From Gemmatimonadota bacterium (GTDB lineage: Bacteria; Gemmatimonadota; Gemmatimonadetes; Gemmatimonadales; GWC2-71-9): DNA of 64,000 bases. The notes under the pieces were generated by a model. The model was not told the origin of the DNA, did no database searches, and was given only the letters and a program-made list of their open reading frames with translations. The position numbers were made by a program, and so were the translations under genes. Of this stretch, positions 19,385 through 28,548 are shown one piece after another (the first letter of the stretch is position 1; every line of letters starts with the position of its first letter). The stretch spans positions 65,416 to 129,415 of the forward strand of contig JADFNB010000001.1 in assembly GCA_022563595.1 (NCBI GenBank). The letters run 5' to 3'.

Positions 19385-20285
19385 GAGTCCGCTCGAACAC
19401 CCTGAGCTTGGCTGAGCGCGCGCGCGGGTTGGCGGCGATCTCGTCCGCGCTGGGGAGGATCGGCCGTCGTGGCGTGAGGGTGCCGAGCGGTGCGCCGCGA
19501 CACGTACAGATAGGCTGGCCCGGAGGGCAGATACACGAACGCGCCCATTCCCTAAACGCGTGCTTTACAATGCGATCCTCGCCCGAATGGTAGGTGATCG
19601 CAGCGAGCTTGCCGCCCGGAGTGAGCGCGTCCCGCAGGACGGGCAGAGCGGTTTCAAGTTCGTCCAGCTCCCGGTTGACGGCGATCCGTACGGCCTGGAA
19701 CAGGCGGGCAAACACGGACGGGCCGGCCGTCGGACCGAGCGCCCGTCGGATGGCGTTGACCAGATCGTCGCTCACGGTCAGGGGCTTTCGTGTGCGACGC
19801 TCGACGATCGTGCGGGCGAGTCGCGCCGCGCGCCGCTCGTCGCCATAGGTGCGAAAGATGTGCGCGATTTCGTCCTGTGGCGCGCTGTTCAGCAGATCGG
19901 CGGCGTTCGCTCCGCGGTTCGACATGCGCATGTCGAGCGGCACGCCGGGACGAAACGAGAACCCGCGCGCATCGGCATCCAACTGCCGGGAGGATACGCC
20001 AAGGTCCAACAGCACCAGGTCCGGAGCGAATCGCACGATCTCCCCGATAACTCCGGCCGATCCAAAGCTCCCTTCCATCCAGCTCACCGAATCACCCAAA
20101 CGCGCCCGGCTTGCGGCCAACGCTTCCGCGTCGCGATCGACGGCGAGAACCTCCGCCCCGGCCGCCCGCAACAGGACAGCGTGTCCGCCGCCTCCCACGG
20201 TCGCGTCTACCGCCCGCAGTCGGCCGCGCGCAAGCACGGCCACGGCATCGGCGAGCACGGGAGTGTGGTAGGCCGTGGTACTCAC
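19374..20285 (-). CDS. rsmH: 16S rRNA (cytosine1402-N4)-methyltransferase RsmH (MraW)
   Basis: HTPVL, DATVGGGGH, DLGVSS.Q and ITYHSGEDR, the typical RsmH motifs. Confidence 0.95.
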   Translation of the reverse strand: MSTTAYHTPVLADAVAVLARGRLRAVDATVGGGGHAVLLRAAGAEVLAVDRDAEALAASRARLGDSVSWMEGSFGSAGVIGEIVRFAPDLVLLDLGVSSRQLDADARGFSFRPGVPLDMRMSNRGANAADLLNSAPQDEIAHIFRTYGDERRAARLARTIVERRTRKPLTVSDDLVNAIRRALGPTAGPSVFARLFQAVRIAVNRELDELETALPVLRDALTPGGKLAAITYHSGEDRIVKHAFREWARSCICPPGQPICTCRGAPLGTLTPRRPILPSADEIAANPRARSAKLRVFERTHGS

Positions 20286-20359
20286 ATCCGTAAAGAAAGC
20301 GGCCCCGCGCGTTTGGCAAGCGGGGCCGTTGATTGTGCGACAACCGAGTTGTCGCTGAG

Positions 20360-20433
20360 CGGGGCTGACGGGATTCGAACCCGCGACCTCCGGTGTGACA
20401 GACCGGCACTCTAACCAGCTGAGCTACAGCCCC
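20360..20433 (-). tRNA. tRNA-Asp (anticodon GTC)
   Basis: Minus-strand read GGGGCTGTAGCTCAGCTGGTTAGAGTGCCGGTCTGTCACACCGGAGGTCGCGGGTTCGAATCCCGTCAGCCCCG. It folds as a cloverleaf with a 7-bp acceptor stem, anticodon stem CCGGT/ACCGG, loop CTGTCAC and a GGTTCGAATCC T-loop. CCA is not encoded. Confidence 0.9.
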
Positions 20434-20489
20434 CGATACGGCTAACCGTTGAAGCTAGAGCCCAGCGGCGTCACTTTCAAGCGGGCGGT

Positions 20490-22250
20490 TCACGGACACT
20501 CGAACGCCGGCTTGTAGGTCTTGACCGCCGTCTCGTAGTGGCCGATGTACTCCAGGATCTGTGTCGCCGTTTGCTCGCTGACCGACCGGCCCAGCTCCAT
20601 CGCCCGATTCGCCCGGTCGATCAGGTCGATCTCCTTGTCCACCATCTCGCATGTCTCGCTCTCGCGGACCTCGAGGTCGAGTTCCGTAACCCAGAAGAAG
20701 TATGCGAGCGCCAGGAAGAAATTGGCCGGCGCGGTAAGGCTACCGCGCAGGTCGTGCGCCAGCGCCTGCTCCAAAAAGTGGGCGGCGAGCGGGAGATGCG
20801 CCATGAGCCTCAGCTGCGCGATCCTGGAGCCCGGGTTGTAATAGAGCGCGGCGAGGTTCATCGAGGTCGCCGTATCGCTCGTCTGCGCCGCGACCAGCTG
20901 GAGCAGCGTGTCGGCCTTCCACAGCCGTGCCGTATCGAGCGGCACGGCCGTGTCGACCACCAGAGAGCTGTCGAGCAGCAACTGCACGGCCGCCAGCGCG
21001 CTCGAGACCTGGCTCGAGTCGAGCATGAGAATCCGGTCATACGCAGCTAGCGCTCCGTCATGCTCGCTGGCTGCCTTGAGCGCGGCAGCCCGCGCCCGCC
21101 ACAACGAGATCGAGTTGGGGAGATGCTCAACCGCCTCCCCCGACCACCGCAGCATAGCCGCGATGTCCTCGATCGACTGTGCCACGCCAAACACACGCGC
21201 GTAGAAGATCGAGTCGCCGATCAATGAGGAATCTACCTCGTATTCTGCGCCCAGCGCGTCGAGGGCACACTCCCATAGCTCGCCTTCGACGCACGCGCGC
21301 GCCTTGTACTGGAGTGTCAGCAGATCCAGCGGGTTCCGGTCGAGCGCGTACTGGAGGATCTCCACCGCTTCCTCATGCCGTCCCTGTTGCATGCGCGCGA
21401 CCGCCACTCCGTGCCGCAGCTTGATGTTATTGAGCTCCGCCCGGAGCTGCGACGCGAACGCGTCCACACCCTTCGTCGTGTCACCGGCATCGAGATAGCG
21501 GCGTCCGAGCATCTCCCACGCCCGCCCGTTGAGCGAATCGCCGCGCACCGCCCGCTCGAGAGCGAAGATCAGCGAATCGTTCGGCTGCTGCTGCACCTCA
21601 AAGAGCAGGGCCAGGCACAGCGCCGCAGACGGGTGGTTGGGATTGATCTCGAACGCCCGCTTCACCCGATCACGGGCCCCGCGGAAGTCGCTGCGACCGC
21701 GCCGCTCGTCACACTCACGCGCATACCCGGCTGCTTTGACCTGGTCGTCGAGGGCATCGGCCACGTCACGAGCGATGTTCCGCGCCGACCGGTCGCCGCG
21801 GGATACAACCACTGTCCAGCCGGACAGGCCCGAGCCGGCCGCATCGACCAGACGCAATGTTACCTGGACACTGTCACCCGTGCGTTCCACCCAACCCACG
21901 ATGTAGCCCCGCGCCTGCAGAAACCGCGCAAGCGGGCCGGCGTTCGCGGCCGGCAGTGGCTTGTCGCATTCGAATCCCGAGGCCTCGAGTGCCTCGCAGA
22001 TCGTCTCGCCCGGGATGATCCGCATCTTGAACCGGAACTTCGATTCCATGCGGCGGCGAATCTCGTTGCCAAGCTCGATGGCGAACGCCGTATCGACGGC
22101 GCCCACCGGAATGGGAGGCAACACCAGCACGCGTTCGTTCGACCGGCGGACGGCATTCTGAGCGTGAATCGCTCCTGGCGTTGCCGCCGCCATAGTAATC
22201 GAGGCGAACCACAGCAGGCGCATTCGCCTGATCGAGCTGGGTATCTGCAC
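20490..22250 (-). CDS. Secreted TPR-repeat protein
   Basis: 586-aa ORF with an N-terminal signal peptide (LLWFASITMAAATPGAIHAQ) and helical-repeat composition downstream. No catalytic motif recognised. Confidence 0.7.
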   Translation of the reverse strand: MQIPSSIRRMRLLWFASITMAAATPGAIHAQNAVRRSNERVLVLPPIPVGAVDTAFAIELGNEIRRRMESKFRFKMRIIPGETICEALEASGFECDKPLPAANAGPLARFLQARGYIVGWVERTGDSVQVTLRLVDAAGSGLSGWTVVVSRGDRSARNIARDVADALDDQVKAAGYARECDERRGRSDFRGARDRVKRAFEINPNHPSAALCLALLFEVQQQPNDSLIFALERAVRGDSLNGRAWEMLGRRYLDAGDTTKGVDAFASQLRAELNNIKLRHGVAVARMQQGRHEEAVEILQYALDRNPLDLLTLQYKARACVEGELWECALDALGAEYEVDSSLIGDSIFYARVFGVAQSIEDIAAMLRWSGEAVEHLPNSISLWRARAAALKAASEHDGALAAYDRILMLDSSQVSSALAAVQLLLDSSLVVDTAVPLDTARLWKADTLLQLVAAQTSDTATSMNLAALYYNPGSRIAQLRLMAHLPLAAHFLEQALAHDLRGSLTAPANFFLALAYFFWVTELDLEVRESETCEMVDKEIDLIDRANRAMELGRSVSEQTATQILEYIGHYETAVKTYKPAFECP

Positions 22251-22293
22251 GCTTATCGACCTCCAAACGGGCCGTCGTCATTGGCTTGCAAGA

Positions 22294-22368
22294 TGGGCGA
22301 AGAGGGATTCGAACCCCCGACATCCTGCGTGTAAGGCAGGCGCTCTAGACCAGCTGAGCTATTCGCCC
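22294..22368 (-). tRNA. tRNA-Val (anticodon TAC)
   Basis: Minus-strand read GGGCGAATAGCTCAGCTGGTCTAGAGCGCCTGCCTTACACGCAGGATGTCGGGGGTTCGAATCCCTCTTCGCCCA. Anticodon stem CCTGC/GCAGG, loop CTTACAC, canonical T-loop. Confidence 0.9.
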
Positions 22369-22381
22369 AACGCGGCACCGG

Positions 22382-22573
22382 TTACAGCGCGAGCCCGAGG
22401 GGAAACAATACGCAATAGCCGAGCACCAGCAGTATCGGGGCGAGCGTGGTCGATCCCCCCGCGAGCAATCCGTACCCCGCCGCGAGGGCAAGTACCGCGG
22501 CCCCGAGAATGACAAAGTTCTTCGGGCCGAAGTGCAACTTGGCCGCCGACACGCCCTTACCCGACATAGACAC
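22382..22573 (-). CDS. Small two-TM membrane protein
   Basis: 63-aa ORF with two clear hydrophobic helices (FVILGAAVLALAAGYGLL, LAPILLVLGYCVLFPLGLAL), co-oriented at the end of the operon. No family assigned. Confidence 0.45.
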   Translation of the reverse strand: MSMSGKGVSAAKLHFGPKNFVILGAAVLALAAGYGLLAGGSTTLAPILLVLGYCVLFPLGLAL

Positions 22574-22600
22574 TGACGCTAACCGGAAGTTCCAAGCTCG

Positions 22601-23512
22601 TCAAGCAGGGTTTTGGGGCTCCTCGGGCGGGATCACCCACCCCTCGTCCAGCAACGCTTTCCGATCCCGGTCCCTGCGGCGGCGGCGTGCCCAGACCACA
22701 CCAACGACTACAGCCGTCACGCTCCAGAACAGCGCGAACGACGTAAAGATCCGCAACCACCCGTATCGCGCGCGGATGTCGCGGTGCCACATCGCCTCCA
22801 GCTGATCCAGCGTGACGAGGTGGGTGCGCCGTACCGCCCGCTCGAAGCTGCCTGTCGCGCCGGCGTTGGCGATCAGCGGTCCGAGCCCTCGCTCTCGTCC
22901 CAATCGCTCCAAGAACAGCACCGCCGCCGTCGCGAGCGCGTACGCAGCCCGGGCGTGCGTCGGGCCGCTTCGCAGTTCCGCGTTGAGGCGTCCGAAAGAT
23001 GGGATGTCACCCGTCATCAGCGCCCAGTTCAACCCCAGCGCGTCGAGCCGTCCCCATTCCTGCGCCGCCCGGGCCGCATACCCCTCGGCGAACCATAGAG
23101 GCAGGCGCGCGGCCGCGCGATGGAGCGCCAGATGGGCGAGCTCGTGCGCGAGGGTACCGAACGGATCTCCGGCGAGCATGATCACTACCGTGTTGGACCT
23201 GGGGAAAGCCGCACCACCGCTCCACGACGGCAGGCGACCGCGGGTGACGGAATCGAAGCGCTCCGCGGAGCGCGTCACGATGAGCCGTATCGGGGCCGAA
23301 TCGAGCGCGGGCATCCCGGGCCACGGACCCGCACGGTCGGCGAATTCGGCCAGGGCCGTGGCGGCCGCCTCGTCACCCTGCCAGTATACCGCCTCCACCC
23401 TGCCCACCCGAACGGTAGCGGGCTGCTGGAAGGAGAGGCCGACTGATACCGCGAAGATTACGAGCGAGGAGGCTCCTGCCCCTGGGCGGCCAGGTCGAGC
23501 GCCTCGCGGCAT
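22601..23512 (-). CDS. Putative zinc metallopeptidase (HExxH) with a C-terminal TM helix
   Basis: LAHELAHLALH is an HExxH motif and FAEGYA lies about 20 residues downstream (gluzincin-like). C-terminal helix FALFWSVTAVVVGVVW. The start is uncertain: ATG at 23510-23512 was chosen, and the track ORF extends to 23560. Confidence 0.6.
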   Translation of the reverse strand: MPRGARPGRPGAGASSLVIFAVSVGLSFQQPATVRVGRVEAVYWQGDEAAATALAEFADRAGPWPGMPALDSAPIRLIVTRSAERFDSVTRGRLPSWSGGAAFPRSNTVVIMLAGDPFGTLAHELAHLALHRAAARLPLWFAEGYAARAAQEWGRLDALGLNWALMTGDIPSFGRLNAELRSGPTHARAAYALATAAVLFLERLGRERGLGPLIANAGATGSFERAVRRTHLVTLDQLEAMWHRDIRARYGWLRIFTSFALFWSVTAVVVGVVWARRRRRDRDRKALLDEGWVIPPEEPQNPA

Positions 23513-24321
23513 TTCTTGCCCCAGGGATTGAACTTGTTGGTTTCGAACCCTTTCAGCCACGTTGCCTTGGCAGCATCCCGGTCACCCGCGCGCCAGTGCG
23601 AGCGACCGAGTTCGTAGTACGCCTCGATGAGATTCGGTCCGAGCTGCAAAGCCTTCTGGAAAAACGTCTGCGCATCCTCGTACATCTCACGCTCGAAATA
23701 CACGAGCCCGAGGTAATAGTGCGCGTAGAGTGTCGCCTTCTTGTCGTTGTCGAGCCGGATTGCTTTGGAGAGGTGCTCGATCGCCTCGCCGAATATCTGT
23801 TTCTTGAGACAGACGTATCCGACATTGATCCGCGCCAGCGAGTTGGCTGGCTCTTTCATGAGCACCTTCTGGAAGGCCCCGAGTGCGTTGTCGTAGTCCT
23901 CGTGTTTCATCTGGGCCCAGCCGAGCAGCGACTCTGCCTGCACGTCGCCCGGCGAGTACTGGAGCGCCGTAGACAGCGCCTGGATGGCGCCTTCATAGTC
24001 TCCCAACGAGATGAGATTCCAACCTTTCTCTATCAGGGTCGAAGCGTCGATGTGGCTGGCGTGCAGCGCTGGCATCTGGCCCGTGAACTGCGGCGCCTGA
24101 TCTCCTATCTGGCTTTCCCGCAGTTCCTTGTATTTGTCGACCAGGACGCGGATGTCTTCCTTCAGTGCCTGCAGATCTGTGATCGACTCGTCGACGATCT
24201 TGAACAGCGCGATGATCTCCCGCTTGACCGCTTCGCGTTGACTATTCGACTTCGCTTCGTCGAGACGACGTGAGATCGACGAGTAGCTGGCGCGCAACGG
24301 CGCCACGGCTGCATCACTCAT
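23458..24321 (-). CDS. TPR-repeat protein with an N-terminal coiled-coil
   Basis: 287 aa with repeated TPR-like units (GDYEGAIQALSTALQYSPGD, EDYDNALGAFQKVLMKEPAN, QIFGEAIEHLSKAIRLDND, MYEDAQTFFQKALQLGPN). Confidence 0.8.
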   Translation of the reverse strand: MSDAAVAPLRASYSSISRRLDEAKSNSQREAVKREIIALFKIVDESITDLQALKEDIRVLVDKYKELRESQIGDQAPQFTGQMPALHASHIDASTLIEKGWNLISLGDYEGAIQALSTALQYSPGDVQAESLLGWAQMKHEDYDNALGAFQKVLMKEPANSLARINVGYVCLKKQIFGEAIEHLSKAIRLDNDKKATLYAHYYLGLVYFEREMYEDAQTFFQKALQLGPNLIEAYYELGRSHWRAGDRDAAKATWLKGFETNKFNPWGKKCREALDLAAQGQEPPRS

Positions 24322-24810
24322 GTCCCGCCCCCACCATCAAGTCCTCGAGGGTCACCCGCTCGGCGGACGACAAGAGCCGCGAGACCGCGAGGATGACAAT
24401 CGTCCTACCACCGACATTCAGAATCCCGCTCATGAACTCCGCCGCCAGCTCACGCACTACCCCCGTGTTGGATCGCCGCCTGGGGCATCCCATAGATAAC
24501 CGCCGTCTCCCGATCCTGCGCGAACCCCGCCCCACCGGCATCGCGAATGGCGCTCAGTCCTGCGGCGCCGTCCCGTCCCATGCCCGTCCATACGACTCCG
24601 ACCGCGTGGGGGCCGAACAGCTCGGCCACCGAACGAAACAGTGGATCTAGGGACGGACGCCCCACGCCGGGGCACGCCGGGTGAGCCGAAGGCAAGGGCC
24701 GTCGAACCCCATGTCCACCAGCAAATGATAATCGCCGGGTGCGACGTACGCCGTATCGGCCAGCAGGGGCGCCCTGCCAACTGGCAGTATACAGCGCCGT
24801 CGCGCGCCGC
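24314..24810 (-). pseudogene. cheB: CheB methylesterase remnant: only the C-terminal ~110 residues, split over three reading frames
   Basis: My minus-strand translation reads, in frame A, ..[35 protein letters not shown] then TAG (24647-24649). Frame B reads [69 protein letters not shown] then a stop (24450). Frame C reads [15 protein letters not shown]... These match the conserved CheB blocks (APGD.H, RPS.D.LF.S, TGMG.DG, GMP..A). The N-terminal part of the catalytic domain and any REC domain are absent. Confidence 0.8.
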
Positions 24811-24960
24811 TCACAGCCCCGGAAGCACGCTCCTAGCCAGCGCATCCCAGGTCTCCCTATTGCGAAAGAACTTGGTGACGTTGATCGTCAGCGTATCCAG
24901 CAGCCGCTCATACTCCGCCGTGTCGCATGCGAGGATCCTGGAGCGGCGGACAGGGCGGGA
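24811..24960 (-). pseudogene. cheR: CheR methyltransferase fragment (about 35 conserved residues, no start codon, premature stop)
   Basis: Minus-strand translation ..[41 protein letters not shown] then TGA (24811-24813). This matches the CheR N-domain/MTase junction motif (T.N.T.FFR....f..L). The SAM-binding domain is missing. Confidence 0.7.
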
Positions 24961-24973
24961 TCCTGCTCGTCCG

Positions 24974-26593
24974 TCAAGTGAGTGCGCTCAGCGTTTCGAG
25001 GTTGGTCTTGACCAGTTCGTGACCCGGGTTCAGCTCCAGAGCGTGTTTCCAGCAGGTGGCGGCCTGCTCGCGGTCGCCGCGCTTGTAGGCGATGTTGCCG
25101 AGCTTGAAGTAGATGTCGTCCCCGAGCGTGGGGTCGAGCTTCACCGCCCGTTGATATGCCGCAGCCGCGTCGTCATACTGGGTCGTGCGGTACAAGATAT
25201 CACCGAGATTCTTCGACAGTTGTGGTACCGACGGGTCGTTCGCGAGCGTGGACCGCAGGATCTCCTCCGCCTGCTCTAGCTCGCCCAGGATCTCCAACAG
25301 CGCCGCCAGGTTGTTGCACAGGATGGGATGCCCGGGATGCTGCTCGAGACCGTCACGCAGCAGCACCTCGGCGGCAGCGTATTCATCTTGCGCGGCGGCG
25401 GTGAGCGCCCTGGCCCAGTACCACAGTGGGGGAAGCTGGTTCTCGCCCGCGATCTCACATGCACGGTCCAACCGGCCTTCGGCCACCCGGTACTCCCCGC
25501 GCTGGAGGGCGACGACACCCCATCCGGTCATGATACGGTGGTCCCGCCGCGCGCGGGTCGCCGCATCACCGTATGCGGTATCCGCGTGATCGAACTGACC
25601 GAGTTGTTCGTAGGCGAGCGCCAGGTTGTGCAGCACGCTCGGTTTGGCCCCGACCCGCTCAGCCGCGGTCCGCAGGAACCCCATGGCGTCCTGCCATCGT
25701 GCGTGCTTCAGCGCCACGATACCGAGGTAGAAGAACGCCTCCCCGTCATCGGGCCGGAGTTCCGCTACCCGGCGGAATTCTCGCGCCGCCTCATCGAGCA
25801 TCCCGGTCTTGTAGAACACCACGCCAAGGTTGTGGTGTTCCTGGATGCGGACATCGTTCACGTCCGCCGGTCGCGGCGCCTGGCTCCTGCCAGTGCGGTG
25901 TGCGAATCCCGCAGAGATGAGCCCGTAGAGCGCTTTGCCCACCTCGAACTCCACGATGCCGGCGTCCTCGATCACACTTGCGACATCACGGACCCCATCC
26001 AGCAACGGGAGAATCTGCCGCTGTTGCTCGGTCAGCTCGATGTCGGAGGATTCGAGCCGCTCGCGGTCCACCGAGAAGACCAGGTCGAACGAAGTGATCT
26101 TCTTTTCGATCAGGCTCCACTCGTCGATGCGACGTGCGCCTTCGAGCAGCAGCGATTGAGGGCTGATCGAGACCAGGAATTCCTCCCGCTCGGGATACAC
26201 GTCGCTCTCGAAGCTGAACGTGCCCTGCGTCCAGGTGAAGAGGAAATAGACCGCTTCCTCTATCTGAACGCGTATGAAATGTTCGAGGTCCTCACGCGTT
26301 ATCGCATTGTGCGAGATGAGGATCTCGCCCAGCCGGCGGTCGCGCTCGTGAGCCTGCTCCTCGACCGCTGCGTTCAGCTGCTCCGGCGTGATCTTCTTAT
26401 GTTTGACGAGTATGTCACCGAGTCGATCCCGCCGGTTCACGATGGACGCGTACGAGATCCGCCCCTTGTCGAAGTAGATGTACCCAAAGTTGTTCCGGTC
26501 GGCGACCGAGAGGCAGCCGGGTTTCTGCCCCAACGCGAGGAGTTGGAACACGTCCGGCAACGACGCTTCCTTGAGGCTCCCCTTGATCGCCAT
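24974..26593 (-). CDS. PATAN (DUF4388) domain protein with a tandem MshEN/T2SSE_N-like motif and C-terminal TPRs
   Basis: Start chosen at ATG 26591-26593 (ATGA overlap with the upstream stop), giving [43 protein letters not shown] (DUF4388 signature). This is followed by RLGDILVKHKKITPEQLNAAVEEQ and RLGEILISHNAITREDLEHFIRVQ, and then by several TPR units. Confidence 0.85.
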   Translation of the reverse strand: MAIKGSLKEASLPDVFQLLALGQKPGCLSVADRNNFGYIYFDKGRISYASIVNRRDRLGDILVKHKKITPEQLNAAVEEQAHERDRRLGEILISHNAITREDLEHFIRVQIEEAVYFLFTWTQGTFSFESDVYPEREEFLVSISPQSLLLEGARRIDEWSLIEKKITSFDLVFSVDRERLESSDIELTEQQRQILPLLDGVRDVASVIEDAGIVEFEVGKALYGLISAGFAHRTGRSQAPRPADVNDVRIQEHHNLGVVFYKTGMLDEAAREFRRVAELRPDDGEAFFYLGIVALKHARWQDAMGFLRTAAERVGAKPSVLHNLALAYEQLGQFDHADTAYGDAATRARRDHRIMTGWGVVALQRGEYRVAEGRLDRACEIAGENQLPPLWYWARALTAAAQDEYAAAEVLLRDGLEQHPGHPILCNNLAALLEILGELEQAEEILRSTLANDPSVPQLSKNLGDILYRTTQYDDAAAAYQRAVKLDPTLGDDIYFKLGNIAYKRGDREQAATCWKHALELNPGHELVKTNLETLSALT

Positions 26594-28548
26594 CAGGTCA
26601 GCTCCTCGATGATGCGGTTTGCCGCGTCTGGCCAACGCCAGATCATCTTCTCCCGGCTCTGCACACCCCCGGAGGGTGTCACGACGATCCCGCTGGTGCG
26701 AAGTCGAGCCGACGAGCGCCGCGGCCGCTCTGCCACTCCTTCCAGTAGCTCGCGCGCGAACCCGACCGATACCGCTACTCCCTGTGATTCAGCGGAGTCG
26801 GTCACGCGTTGCACCGTGGCAATCACGGAGCGGAGTGACTCGGCCTGACGGTCGGCCAGATACGCGGCGAGGTCGTCATCAACGTCACCCACGCGGGCGC
26901 TCAACTCGCGCTTCACCAGCGCCAGGCGAAGGTCGCGGTCAGGCGGCGCAAGATGGGTAACGAGCCCACCCTCCATGCGCGATATGAGCCGCTCATTGAC
27001 GCCGTCGAGTTCTCGCGGCGGCAGGTTGACCGTAAAGATCACCTGGAACTGTTTATCGACGAGCACGTTGAACAGGTTAAACAACTCCTCCTGCGAGCGT
27101 TCCTTGCCTGCCAGCAGATGCACGTCGTCCAAGAGCAGCGCGGAGACCCTGCGGTAGCGCGACCTCCAGGCGTCGAGCCGGTCCCGCTCTATGGCCTGAA
27201 CCAACTCGTCGAGGAAGTCCTGAGCCGACAGGCACGCCACGAGGGCGTCGGGCCCGGCCGAGAGGGCGTGGCCGATCGCGTGCAGGAGATGCGTCTTCCC
27301 AACACCGGTCGGGCCGACGATCACGAAGGGGTTGTAGAGCGTTCCCGGATTCTCTGCGACCGCGCGCGCCGACGTGAGCGCGAGTCGATTGGACTCGGCC
27401 TGCACGAAATCATCGAACGCCCAGGCGGCAGACGGGCCCGGCGGCGGCGCTAGTCCGGCTTTGGCCAAGCGGACCAGCTCCTCCGCGTCGGCTAGCCGGT
27501 CCGGATCGTGGAACGCGGCATCGCCCGCACACGCGGCGTCGAGAGCCGTCATCTCCCGCTCGAGTTCCTTCAGGCGCGTGACGTCGAGCCCAAACTGGCG
27601 CACGACCACGTCCGCGCCCACCGGTGTCTGCTGTTCGAGGAGCTTCGCTATGCGGGCCGCACGGTACCCGTGCCCCTCCCAATACACGACCGCTTCATGA
27701 AGGCGCCTCCGCCACGCCTCCATCTGCTGTGACAGTGCGGTCCCGACCGATAACAGGAACTGGTCGAACTCGTCGGGGGCTGATGTAGCTTCGGCGGCCG
27801 GTTCCCCCACCGCCACCACCTTGGCGGACTCCTTCAGACCCAGCAACGTGCACGCCCCCTCCGCCGTGAGTGCCGCTTCGTTCACCGCCTGGAACGCTAT
27901 CAACCGGTTGAGGAGTCCCAGTAGCTCGCGCACGTTGCGCGACTCGTACTCGGCCACCGATGCCAGCACCGCCTGCTCGAAATTCACGCCACGCTCCTCG
28001 GCCTTGCGCTTGAGAATGGCAAGCCGGGTCTCGAACTCGGGCTGGTCGATATCGACCACGAGCCCGCCCGCGAAGCGTGAGGTAAGCCGCTCGTCGAGGT
28101 CCCCGATCCCGGTCGGGGGCCGGTCGCTCGAGAGGACGATCTGCTTTTGGGATTCCAGAAACGCCGTGATGAACCGCAGCAACTCCGACTGCGTCTCGAG
28201 TCGGTGGGCCAGAAACTGCACGTCGTCCAGCAACACGATATCGACCGAGTTGAACCTGTTGCGGAACGCGTCGCTCTGTCCCGCGGCGACGGCGGCGTGA
28301 TATGCTTCGACGAACTCCTCGAGGGTCAGATACTCGACGGCCAGTTGCGGCGAGATGGTCTGGGCAAGATGACCCAACGCCATCATCAGGTGGGTCTTGC
28401 CCATTCCGCTGGCGCTGTAGATGAAGAGCGGGTCGTACGCGGTTCCGGGGCTCTCGGCCACGGTGCGCGCCGCGGCGACCGCGAGCCGGTTGCTCGGCCC
28501 GACGACGAACGAGTCGAAGGTGAAGCGCGGGTTCAGCTCCCGGGTCAC
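26593..28548 (-). CDS. Tandem DnaA-type AAA+ protein (two DnaA domain-III modules, no domain IV)
   Basis: Module 1 (res ~6-235): [59 protein letters not shown]. Module 2 (res ~376-605): [48 protein letters not shown] linker of about 140 aa separates them. The C-terminal tail lacks the DnaA domain IV HTH. The GTG start overlaps the mglA stop (GTGA). Confidence 0.85.
   Translation of the reverse strand: MTRELNPRFTFDSFVVGPSNRLAVAAARTVAESPGTAYDPLFIYSASGMGKTHLMMALGHLAQTISPQLAVEYLTLEEFVEAYHAAVAAGQSDAFRNRFNSVDIVLLDDVQFLAHRLETQSELLRFITAFLESQKQIVLSSDRPPTGIGDLDERLTSRFAGGLVVDIDQPEFETRLAILKRKAEERGVNFEQAVLASVAEYESRNVRELLGLLNRLIAFQAVNEAALTAEGACTLLGLKESAKVVAVGEPAAEATSAPDEFDQFLLSVGTALSQQMEAWRRRLHEAVVYWEGHGYRAARIAKLLEQQTPVGADVVVRQFGLDVTRLKELEREMTALDAACAGDAAFHDPDRLADAEELVRLAKAGLAPPPGPSAAWAFDDFVQAESNRLALTSARAVAENPGTLYNPFVIVGPTGVGKTHLLHAIGHALSAGPDALVACLSAQDFLDELVQAIERDRLDAWRSRYRRVSALLLDDVHLLAGKERSQEELFNLFNVLVDKQFQVIFTVNLPPRELDGVNERLISRMEGGLVTHLAPPDRDLRLALVKRELSARVGDVDDDLAAYLADRQAESLRSVIATVQRVTDSAESQGVAVSVGFARELLEGVAERPRRSSARLRTSGIVVTPSGGVQSREKMIWRWPDAANRIIEELT

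Noticed and set aside
20286-22381. TPR gene flanked by tRNA-Asp and tRNA-Val, considered as a possible tRNA-targeted genomic island.
   Set aside because: There is no integrase, no direct repeat of a tRNA 3' end and no visible compositional break. A Val-Asp tRNA neighbourhood is common.
24314-24845. Track ORFs 24450..24845 and 24314..24541 as independent genes.
   Set aside because: Their N-terminal parts are nonsense-like. Only the segments matching CheB blocks look protein-like, and those continue across frames. I interpret them as pseudogene fragments.
25328-26848. 506-aa plus-strand ORF.
   Set aside because: It lies antisense to the PATAN-TPR and DnaA-like genes, which have clear domain signatures. 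Its translation is Arg/Pro/Gly-rich with no motifs. Long antisense ORFs are expected in GC-rich DNA.
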